Source: a virus
Taxonomy: Duplodnaviria > Caudoviricetes
DNA: 56,596 nt
Virus record (IMG/VR): IMGVR_UViG_3300027977_001210
Coordinates: 1 to 56,596 of that record
Strand: one strand, 5' to 3'
A model generated the notes under the pieces. The model searched no databases and was not told the origin of the DNA. It was given only the letters and a program-made list of their open reading frames with translations. A program made the translations under genes and the position numbers. This document shows, in pieces, positions 49,099-56,596 of the stretch. The number at the start of each line of letters is the position of its first letter. Within the stretch, counting starts at the first letter, position 1.

Positions 49099-49640
49099 AA
49101 ATTCATATATCTACACTCGGTAAAGAACTGTGTGAAAGTTTAATTAACGAACTTAGTACTCATACGGTTGACCCCAGCCACGGGCACATGGAACTGTCTA
49201 AAAACAATCCATACTATAACGAATATCTTAATCAGACCGAGATGTTAAAATCTGCAGGATATGATGAGCACACAGTCGAATATCGCCACTACCAATCGGG
49301 AGTTCACTTTCATAAAAATTACGAACGTGTTATTAGTGCGGTAGTTAATGCTAAACCGCTAATGTGCTGGGTCAGTGAAATCCGTCCAGGCAAATGCACA
49401 CCGTGGCATTGGGATATTAATCCTTGGGAAAAAGAACACGAACAACTAGGCACGCTTGTGAGATATTTTTGTTTTCTAAGTAGACCATCAGCAGGACATG
49501 TATTTGTCACTGCCGACGATGCATACTACATGGAACAGCAAGGTAGCATATATCAATACGCTGATTTACATGCTTGGCATGCAGGTTCTAATGTAGGATT
49601 AGCACCTAAGTTTTTATTAACTTTTACTGGCTATAAGTAA
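49095..49640 (+). CDS. Small 2OG/AspH-like oxygenase (divergent 'YIGNF'-family member)
   Basis: PGKCTPWHWD...GH...WHAGSNVG. Confidence 0.72.
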   Translation: MKIHISTLGKELCESLINELSTHTVDPSHGHMELSKNNPYYNEYLNQTEMLKSAGYDEHTVEYRHYQSGVHFHKNYERVISAVVNAKPLMCWVSEIRPGKCTPWHWDINPWEKEHEQLGTLVRYFCFLSRPSAGHVFVTADDAYYMEQQGSIYQYADLHAWHAGSNVGLAPKFLLTFTGYK

Positions 49641-50432
49641 TTTAAATTCTTCTGTAAACTTACCATCGATACGCAATCCGTAGCTTTGTTCCATAGTAGC
49701 ATTACCACCGTGCCAGTCTTGATCATTCCACCACGCAGCACGACTATTGATGTATGTGTGATTGCGCTTTTCAGGATCCCACAAATAAAACGGTTTCTTT
49801 GTATTAGGTCGGATGTGTATAAACTCGTTTACGTTATCGGTGTAGTCTTCCTGTAATCCTTTTTCGCCATCTAGATCTCTATGCTCAAAAGGAATACCTC
49901 CCGCTTCACAATGGAAGAATATTACTCGTCCGATATTTTCAAATATTCCTGTAGTAATTAAGTTTTCTACCCATGCAACTGTTCCTGGAAAGTGTGCGGC
50001 TTCGGGCGTGAGTTTTCTAGTAGCACTTCGATCATCCCACGAACCCTGTTCCCATAGAAAATAATAAATGTAAGGATCGTATGCTCCCATAGCCATTTTA
50101 ATATATCGAGTAAATCTATTGCGTACCGTGAAATCTTGAAAGTCTCTATACAAATCAATGCCGCCTTGTTTAATAGGATCGTTATCGGGTAAAGCTAAAA
50201 ATTCTTCTATTGCTTTGTAGATAGGTTTCCAATTTGGAATGTAACTCATGTCTTCTATTTTAAAAGCGGGCTTCATCCATGTGCCTTCTTTAGCAAATTC
50301 TCGTGCATCTGCAAAGCCTCGAAGTATTTCAGGCTGTAGTTGATCGAACTGATCCATATCAATATACGGAGACATATCGATGTATGGCTGATTGTTAATT
50401 CCTTTAATCATAAATTGCTTTTGCCTTCTCAA
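49617..50432 (-). CDS. Fe(II)/2OG oxygenase-like protein (start probably 50411)
   Basis: EHRD...WHGG...LRID. Confidence 0.6.
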   Translation of the reverse strand: MRRQKQFMIKGINNQPYIDMSPYIDMDQFDQLQPEILRGFADAREFAKEGTWMKPAFKIEDMSYIPNWKPIYKAIEEFLALPDNDPIKQGGIDLYRDFQDFTVRNRFTRYIKMAMGAYDPYIYYFLWEQGSWDDRSATRKLTPEAAHFPGTVAWVENLITTGIFENIGRVIFFHCEAGGIPFEHRDLDGEKGLQEDYTDNVNEFIHIRPNTKKPFYLWDPEKRNHTYINSRAAWWNDQDWHGGNATMEQSYGLRIDGKFTEEFKLLIASKS

Positions 50433-51093
50433 TAAAGTCTACTGGGTAGTTACTTCTAAAACTTTCAAAACACAGTATCTGCAATGTCTTTAATGATTCT
50501 GGTTTATCCCAACTTAGTTCCATTGCTTCTATTTGTTTACGCATGATATCTTGTCTAGTACTGTATATATGACTGGCATGATCTGCAATACTAATAGGCC
50601 CTTCATTTTCTCTATATGTAAAAAAGTAGTTTATACTCTTTAGTTTGCCATCAACTACAAAATAGCTGCTAGGATGCATACTGTATTTGTACCATCCTAA
50701 GTCTTTATATGTTTGTATAATATTAAGCATTTGCTCTTGCCAGTCCGGTATAACTTTATCATAGTTTGCAACATCACATTCTGCTCGATTCCAAAAGTCT
50801 ACACCATCCACTTCTAGGTAAAGTTTTCTAGCAGCCAAATCAATATTGATAATTTTGGGAACTAGGTCTGGGTATTTGTTACGCATTTGTGTAAGGTAGT
50901 TTACTTCGCGTAGCCACTTTTCTTCCATCTTGCTAGGATCTACTACTTCGTTCTGTCCTTTATGATATTCAGTATCATTATAATACCATTGTACAAATGT
51001 TTTTTTGTCCTCTGACATTAGACTTGTATAGATTAAATTATTCCGTTGTTCGCCTTGACCTGGAACTTGATTATAATAATAATTAAATTTCAT
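50404..51093 (-). CDS. Protein-kinase-like/phosphotransferase fold protein
   Basis: REVNYL...VPKII...LYLE...HPSSYFVVDGKLKSINY follows the PK-like subdomain order with degenerate catalytic residues. Confidence 0.45.
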   Translation of the reverse strand: MKFNYYYNQVPGQGEQRNNLIYTSLMSEDKKTFVQWYYNDTEYHKGQNEVVDPSKMEEKWLREVNYLTQMRNKYPDLVPKIINIDLAARKLYLEVDGVDFWNRAECDVANYDKVIPDWQEQMLNIIQTYKDLGWYKYSMHPSSYFVVDGKLKSINYFFTYRENEGPISIADHASHIYSTRQDIMRKQIEAMELSWDKPESLKTLQILCFESFRSNYPVDFIEKAKAIYD

Positions 51094-51728
51094 ATTCTAA
51101 TAACCTTGTCTGCAAATTTTTCTATGCTACGTTTTAGCAATGCTTCGTGCTTTTCTTTATTCATTATGCCAACTGTGCTTAACAATATTTTAGTTCTATT
51201 AGTAGGATCAGCAGCGTGTTCTACATCGGTGTTGTTAAATGCGAAACATCGATATTTAGGATCTATTTGTGGCCAAATCTTTTCACCTTTATGCACAAAG
51301 TGAAAAGTATTGTATGCAGGATCAGTTGCATAAATGATATAACGTCTAGGTTCAGTCATATCATATTCAGCATCATTATGCGGAGGAATTGTTCCTATTT
51401 GCATAATGAAACCGCTAGTGCCAATTTGATCAAAGGGCAACTCACGCACACACTTCGCTAATCCAGGAAACGCTTCTTCAAATCCTGGATGAAATACTAA
51501 TCCAGCATCGTCTATAGGCTTGCGTTCTTTAGACCAGTCTAGCCATGCATCGTATGTGTGCCAATTGCCGGGATCCTTGCGTAAGGCAACATAACACCAT
51601 TCATGTCTACCCTCTTCGTATTCCCAGTAGTCTGTGTCAGTAATCTTGTTAGCATGAAACCAATCAATAACTGTTTGCTCATCAGGCATATCAAATTCAA
51701 TGTCTACGGGTGTATAAATTACAGTCAT
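51090..51728 (-). CDS. AspH-like/2OG oxygenase
   Basis: PPHND...FNN...EHAA. Confidence 0.65.
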   Translation of the reverse strand: MTVIYTPVDIEFDMPDEQTVIDWFHANKITDTDYWEYEEGRHEWCYVALRKDPGNWHTYDAWLDWSKERKPIDDAGLVFHPGFEEAFPGLAKCVRELPFDQIGTSGFIMQIGTIPPHNDAEYDMTEPRRYIIYATDPAYNTFHFVHKGEKIWPQIDPKYRCFAFNNTDVEHAADPTNRTKILLSTVGIMNKEKHEALLKRSIEKFADKVIRI

Positions 51729-52357
51729 TCAATCTCGCCTGTGAGTTCCAACAATTTTGGTAAGTCATCTCTCTTGAAACGAAATACTAATCCTATACGA
51801 TCTGTATTGCTATAGTTTTCAGTTTCGTGTTCTATTATAGTATCAACCAAATATACTGTTCCGTCTGCAATCATTCCAACCTCTTTGCGATTGCCGGCAT
51901 GATCCCAAAACTTAAAAATAGCACCGGGTGTATCGTAAATTGGAATATGTGCTGTATACTCGTCTCCTTGATCGACATGCCTTGACACTTTACCTGTAGG
52001 GGGTTGGACAACCAAACTCCAACGATATGCATAAGGGATAAGATTTTGTAATTTAGTAACTAGACCAAATGCCAATTCTGTGTTACGATATTCGCATCTT
52101 TCGTGTGTGCTGATATTATATGGAGGACACGGGATCGTTAAATCTACTAGGTTACTTTGTATTGCCCACCCATAGGGCAATATGCATCCGGGGCCGTTAC
52201 TGATAATTCTGTTATACCATTCGTCGGTGATCTCATGTCCGTATCTATCCCACTTCCAACACAGATGATCGTAATCAGTCGACAGTGTTCGATAATACTC
52301 TTTTAAGCTGTCTAATTTTATAGTAAAATTAAGTTTTGTAACTGCGGTGTCTAACAT
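51725..52357 (-). CDS. AspH-like oxygenase (related to 32144-32818)
   Basis: KLNF...YY.TL, YGWAI, LAFG, HVD...HIPI...HETEN...RIGL. Confidence 0.78.
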   Translation of the reverse strand: MLDTAVTKLNFTIKLDSLKEYYRTLSTDYDHLCWKWDRYGHEITDEWYNRIISNGPGCILPYGWAIQSNLVDLTIPCPPYNISTHERCEYRNTELAFGLVTKLQNLIPYAYRWSLVVQPPTGKVSRHVDQGDEYTAHIPIYDTPGAIFKFWDHAGNRKEVGMIADGTVYLVDTIIEHETENYSNTDRIGLVFRFKRDDLPKLLELTGEIE

Positions 52358-52375
52358 TATTTTTCTTCTCTTGAC

Positions 52376-52389
52376 TATTTAAGTAAATA
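52376..52389. promoter_or_regulatory. Back-to-back TAAATA motifs
   Basis: tattta-ag-taaata in a 39-bp divergent gap. Confidence 0.6.
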
Positions 52390-52396
52390 TGATTCT

Positions 52397-53011
52397 ATGC
52401 AAAATAGATATGATTTAACCAATACACACATAGAAATTTATTATAACTCAACTCCTGAGTTTGAGCATGTTCGCGATATTTGTTTACAAGAAGATAATTG
52501 GTTACGTTATAACTACACCAAAGAAAATCTAGTAGTAGAGCAACATACAGGCTACGGAGTGGTCTATCAGAAGTCTACAGGCAAACCCATGGTTATGGGA
52601 GGTGTGTTCAATGACAGCCGTTATCCAAAAAATGTAGCCAAACAGATCAATCGTTTATACACGTTTCCAGAGTTTCGTATGAAGCACACTGACATGACAG
52701 ATGGCTTTAGGGTGACCTGTAGTTTAATTGATGCATTAGAAGCAGTTAACGACTATGATATATATTTGATTACCATGCAGAATAGACCACGTGGTGGAAA
52801 GCGTTGGTGGGACACTTGGGTCAAGCATATGGATATTGCGTCTAATAGCAAGTGGACCTTGGGGCAAGGATATGCACAAACATGTCCGTGGTCTGTGCAA
52901 AAATGTTGGCAGAACTTTGTATACTACGAAACGGTTCCTGGAAAATTTACAGAATGGGATCCTAAAATTATTAATCACGAGGAGTGGACAATATTGCCAG
53001 AAGGAACATGA
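52397..53011 (+). CDS. Hypothetical protein (possible GNAT-like fold)
   Basis: RLYTFPEFR resembles GNAT motif A; weak. Confidence 0.55.
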   Translation: MQNRYDLTNTHIEIYYNSTPEFEHVRDICLQEDNWLRYNYTKENLVVEQHTGYGVVYQKSTGKPMVMGGVFNDSRYPKNVAKQINRLYTFPEFRMKHTDMTDGFRVTCSLIDALEAVNDYDIYLITMQNRPRGGKRWWDTWVKHMDIASNSKWTLGQGYAQTCPWSVQKCWQNFVYYETVPGKFTEWDPKIINHEEWTILPEGT

Positions 53012-53778
53012 ACTATAATCTTAAAGTAAGACTATTACAGTTATTCAATTTCATTGCTAGTATTGTTGCTGTCAGTTATGTATTTTACACTAATGAATTT
53101 TACTGGCTGTGGATCGCATTGGCATCTTGGTTTGTGATTGGACATGTTAGTTCTATTATAACATTGCATAGAATGTTAACACACAAAAGTTTTAAAACCT
53201 GGCCGTGGTTAGAAAATATACTTGTTTGGTTAACTGTATATTCAACTATCGGTCCCACTATTGCTTGGGTAGGACTACATAGAATGCACCATGTTAACTC
53301 AGACAAAGCTGGCGATCCCCACTCGCCGAATGTAGACGGCAAGTTTAATTATTGGGCCGCATTCAAAGTCTGGGTTGGGTATGACTGGCATGTGGAATCT
53401 ATCTCGTTAAAATATGTAAAAGATCTTATTCGTAGCCCGTTACATAAGTTTATCTTTAATCATTATTTTAAAATTATTATCATAACTGGTTTGGTGTTAA
53501 TAGCAATTAACCCTTTACTGTTTTTATTTGTATATGCGTTACCTGCTACACTAACGGTTCAAGTCATTGGACTGGTCAACGTGTTAGGACACAATCATGG
53601 ATATAGAAATTTTGAAACCACAGATCGTAGCACCAATAGTTGGATTGCCGCAATCATTGCACTAGGTGAAGGGTGGCATAACAATCATCACGCAAATCCA
53701 GGCAGATGGTATGCAGGAGAAAAATGGTGGGAATTAGATCCGATGGGCTGGATTATCAAATTAATTAAAGTGAAGTGA
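53008..53778 (+). CDS. Delta-9-type membrane fatty acid desaturase
   Basis: His boxes HRMLTH, HRMHH, GEGWHNNHH; DPHSP; transmembrane segments; AAGGA Shine-Dalgarno before 53008. Confidence 0.93.
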   Translation: MNYNLKVRLLQLFNFIASIVAVSYVFYTNEFYWLWIALASWFVIGHVSSIITLHRMLTHKSFKTWPWLENILVWLTVYSTIGPTIAWVGLHRMHHVNSDKAGDPHSPNVDGKFNYWAAFKVWVGYDWHVESISLKYVKDLIRSPLHKFIFNHYFKIIIITGLVLIAINPLLFLFVYALPATLTVQVIGLVNVLGHNHGYRNFETTDRSTNSWIAAIIALGEGWHNNHHANPGRWYAGEKWWELDPMGWIIKLIKVK

Positions 53779-54383
53779 TGGGTACGTTTTATATCAGTCG
53801 TCCTAGGCTAGCATACATACATGTTCCTCGGACAGGTATGGCAATGAAGAAAATTATTAGTGATTGGATCAAACCAAATTTCGATGTTATTGATACAGAT
53901 TTATGGATGATTGATCACCCTCATTTAGGTATAGTAAAGGATCACTATCCTGATGCAAAGACCATGAGCGTTGTTCGTAACCCGTGGCAACGTGTATACA
54001 GTTTGTATCGTAAAGTAAGCACAGAGGGCTATTGGTTAGATTGGAACAATCAAACTTTGTTAGATCTAAAACCTATTAATGAATGGGTCAAAGATTATTG
54101 TAATCCAGAAATTGAATTTAATTTCCCCAGATGGTTTACACGATTTACTAATCAAATTGACTTTGTTCATATAAATGACGAGTGGGTTGATTATGTATGC
54201 CGAGCAGAATCACTTGAAAACGATTTTAAAAAAGTAAAGGAATATCTAAATTGCAATATTCCTTTGCCCTGTATCAGCGGATATGATCATTGGGAATTTA
54301 AAAAATATTTTAATGATCAAAGTATTCAACTCATAAAAAAAGTCCACGAACGTGATGTGGACTTTTTCAAATATTCTATTTGA
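53775..54383 (+). CDS. Sulfotransferase family 2 protein
   Basis: YIHVPRTG 5'-PSB-like and VRNPWQRVYSLY 3'-PB-like motifs. Confidence 0.75.
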   Translation: MMGTFYISRPRLAYIHVPRTGMAMKKIISDWIKPNFDVIDTDLWMIDHPHLGIVKDHYPDAKTMSVVRNPWQRVYSLYRKVSTEGYWLDWNNQTLLDLKPINEWVKDYCNPEIEFNFPRWFTRFTNQIDFVHINDEWVDYVCRAESLENDFKKVKEYLNCNIPLPCISGYDHWEFKKYFNDQSIQLIKKVHERDVDFFKYSI

Positions 54384-56036
54384 TTAGAACAAATCTTGCC
54401 AACCGGCACCGTTATAAGCCTGTAGCTTGTTTGTACTGGTCAGGTAAGTAATCATGCCTGCCTGTGGTGAAGCAATCGCCGCAGTTCTAGCAGTTGCATC
54501 GGCAAACGGAGTTGCTCTAAAACATGGTGATTCTACAACTTTGTCATGTCGAATCAACAAGGCCTGATCCGGTTGATTGGTGCCATCGCTGGTAGCAAAA
54601 GTAATGTTGGTTTTGATATATGGGTCGCCGGTAGTATCAGTTCCTGCTACCACAGATGCTAGGATAATTGCACCGTTTACGTATGCAGTTCCATTATGTC
54701 CATTAAACGAGAATGCACCTAACGTTCCTTCCGAAACAATCTTGGCAGGAACTGAATAAGTTCCACTTTGTCCATTGAATGATATTGGGGATCCGCCATC
54801 TAGCAGGCCGTCTGTTCTTGAAAATATACCGATACTTTCATCCTCGTCACTTATGATACGCAAAGATGCTGGAGTAGTAGTAGTTCCAAGAATTAAGACA
54901 TTACCTTGGCCTGCAAATTCAGCAATATCGGAAACAAACCCGGTTGCAATAACTCGATTGCTTACAGAGTCAATCATTAACGATGAGTTATCAGAAAACA
55001 CCGATCCAGTAATATCGCCCTCTACATTTGCGAATACGGTATTGGCACTGAAGTCGCCAATGCTGTTACGAGCGACAATTGCATCTGGAATATTGTTGCT
55101 GGAAGCTGTGGTTGCAGAGTTAGAAACTTTGCCAGCTGTGCTAATTGTAGACAACTTTGTGTCTGCAATGCTGCCCGCCAGCATGGTATTAGTAACTGTG
55201 CTGGTGTCTGTAGTGTAAACCCCGTTTGTTACACTTCCTGCACTGCCAGTCACATTGCCAGTTACATTGCCAGTGACATTTCCAACTAATGAAGATCCAG
55301 CAGAGCCAGTTACAACACCAGTCACATTGCCAGTGACATTTCCTGTGACGTTTCCTGTGACGTTCCCAGTCAGATTGCCTATGAATCCACCCTGTGCAGT
55401 TACAACTTCTGTGGTGGTATTCACAATAACTGTGCTGTCGTTAGCTACAATATTAACATTTAAATCGCCGCCGGGCATTCCGATCGCTGATCCGCCAATG
55501 GTAGATCCTGCTGGTAGATTTACTGCTGTACCGGTAGCTGTGATTGTGGCAGCACCTAATTTTATACTTGATCCGCTGAGATATAAATCTCTAAATCTAT
55601 ATGTAGCACTGCCTAGATCGTAGGCCACATCTGCATCTGGAACGATATTTCCTTTGACTGTGCCATCCAAGAATATTCTGCCATCTACAGCATCAACTAA
55701 TGCGGTTGAATCGTCTGCAACCAGTGTTCCTTTGAATGAACTGGCACTAATCGTTCCGTTATAATTGGATAGATCAACGGTAGCATTGATTATGTTACTG
55801 GCATCATTATATACAAAGTTAATACCGGAATGAGAGCCTCCGGTGAACATAGGTGCAACTGCATCTTGCGCATTTTCATCAGTATACCCGGTTACAGCAA
55901 TGCCTCCCAAAGTAGTGCCATCGCCTACGTAAATTCTATTGGTTGGGGACGTAACAAAAAGCAGCTCGCCTACTGCTAATGGCTGTGTCATAGAGGTTCT
56001 TTGTAATTCAGTCCCTCTTCGAATCTGTAATGGCAT
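54384..56036 (-). CDS. Tail fibre-like structural protein
   Basis: LQIRRG...GEL...YVGDG N-terminal fibre module, YDLGS..RFRDLYLS, GNVT repeats; AGGAG Shine-Dalgarno and TAAATA at 56068-56073. Confidence 0.85.
   Translation of the reverse strand: MPLQIRRGTELQRTSMTQPLAVGELLFVTSPTNRIYVGDGTTLGGIAVTGYTDENAQDAVAPMFTGGSHSGINFVYNDASNIINATVDLSNYNGTISASSFKGTLVADDSTALVDAVDGRIFLDGTVKGNIVPDADVAYDLGSATYRFRDLYLSGSSIKLGAATITATGTAVNLPAGSTIGGSAIGMPGGDLNVNIVANDSTVIVNTTTEVVTAQGGFIGNLTGNVTGNVTGNVTGNVTGVVTGSAGSSLVGNVTGNVTGNVTGSAGSVTNGVYTTDTSTVTNTMLAGSIADTKLSTISTAGKVSNSATTASSNNIPDAIVARNSIGDFSANTVFANVEGDITGSVFSDNSSLMIDSVSNRVIATGFVSDIAEFAGQGNVLILGTTTTPASLRIISDEDESIGIFSRTDGLLDGGSPISFNGQSGTYSVPAKIVSEGTLGAFSFNGHNGTAYVNGAIILASVVAGTDTTGDPYIKTNITFATSDGTNQPDQALLIRHDKVVESPCFRATPFADATARTAAIASPQAGMITYLTSTNKLQAYNGAGWQDLF
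55243..55380 (-). repeat. 12-bp coding repeats (GNVT)n in two runs
   Basis: GNLTGNVTGNVTGNVTGNVTG and GNVTGNVTGNVTG. Confidence 0.85.
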
Positions 56037-56099
56037 ATCTCAACTCCTGGAATTGTTCCTACTAGTATATTTATGTCACGGAGTCGAGAACGTATAGTC

Positions 56100-56128
56100 A
56101 AAAAAATAGCACCCTAAGGTGCTATTTT
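56100..56128 (-). terminator. Intrinsic terminator, potentially bidirectional
   Basis: AAAATAGCACC-4 nt loop-GGTGCTATTTT. Confidence 0.85.
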
Positions 56129-56176
56129 ACCCTTTTTGTAAGCGCCTTAGGGCTGGCGCTAAAATAGGACTATGTC

Positions 56177-56596
56177 CTAATCCACTGTAGGCCCATTGCC
56201 GTTACGAAATCCTACTTCACCACCTTCTGCTTCAATGTTACGAATAACATCTTCGAACAAGATAGGGGCAAAATCCGGTGTTTGTTCCACGCATACGCAG
56301 TGGTAACGCACATCAGGTTCATCGCTGTATAAAACAGCACCTGTTCTAGCATCCACTCCACGGGCTTTACGCACACGATTTGAATGTAAATGGCCGTGTA
56401 TGTTAACACCAAATCGACCCAAGCTGGCTTCGTGTACAGGAATATGGCTCAATATCATACCGTTCATCACATGATATGCACGTAATTCACGGAAGTGTTC
56501 ACGATAGTCCGTGTCCTTAAAGATATCGTGATTTCCACGGATCAACACCTTGTCACCATTTAAACGATGCAAAATACTCAACGCCTTGCGGTTCAT
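56177..56596 (-). CDS. Calcineurin-like metallophosphoesterase, 5' part outside window
   Basis: LIRGNHD, LSHIP, NIHGHLH. Confidence 0.85.
   Translation of the reverse strand: MNRKALSILHRLNGDKVLIRGNHDIFKDTDYREHFRELRAYHVMNGMILSHIPVHEASLGRFGVNIHGHLHSNRVRKARGVDARTGAVLYSDEPDVRYHCVCVEQTPDFAPILFEDVIRNIEAEGGEVGFRNGNGPTVD

Noticed and set aside
19710-54383. Cyanotoxin-like cluster (amidinotransferase, sulfotransferase, dioxygenases)
   Set aside because: No PKS/NRPS core and a clearly phage context; resemblance is limited to enzyme classes.
54577-55623. Plus-strand ORFs with PVT repeats
   Set aside because: Antisense reading of the GNVT repeats of the fibre gene.
56141-56160. Second hairpin AGCGCC-N8-GGCGCT
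   Set aside because: No adjacent U-tract on the sense strand and no further support for a function.
1-56596. CRISPR array, integrase/transposase, diversity-generating retroelement, stop-codon recoding
   Set aside because: No spaced repeats, recombinase or reverse transcriptase motifs seen; genes are full length in the standard code.

Overview
This window looks like a segment of a large lytic dsDNA tailed phage (T4-like or jumbo myovirus type, standard genetic code, very dense coding). It has three zones. (1) 1-8.5 kb: two large virion structural or fibre genes on the minus strand. (2) 8.5-19.7 kb: auxiliary genes (UV-damage endonuclease, glycosyltransferase, kdsA, queD, thyX, Hc1-like protein, hypotheticals), several behind consensus sigma70 promoters. 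This zone ends in an aberrant 111-nt tRNA-like gene with a tRNA-Leu-type body and a probable pseudoknot where the anticodon arm should be. (3) 19.7-54.4 kb: a nearly gap-free island of 43 genes that almost all encode tailoring enzymes: 10 radical SAM proteins (2 B12-type), 15 Fe(II)/2OG or AspH-like oxygenases, 4 SGNH-like proteins, 2 methyltransferases, AdoMet decarboxylase, class III aminotransferase, amidinotransferase, SDR, QueC-like ATPase, kinase-like protein, desaturase and sulfotransferase. The island is arranged in alternating blocks headed by T4-late-type TAAATA motifs and is followed by a tail-fibre gene and a partial metallophosphoesterase. The island and the tRNA-like RNA are the best candidates for undescribed biology. 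All functional calls come from motif recognition by eye; no searches were run.
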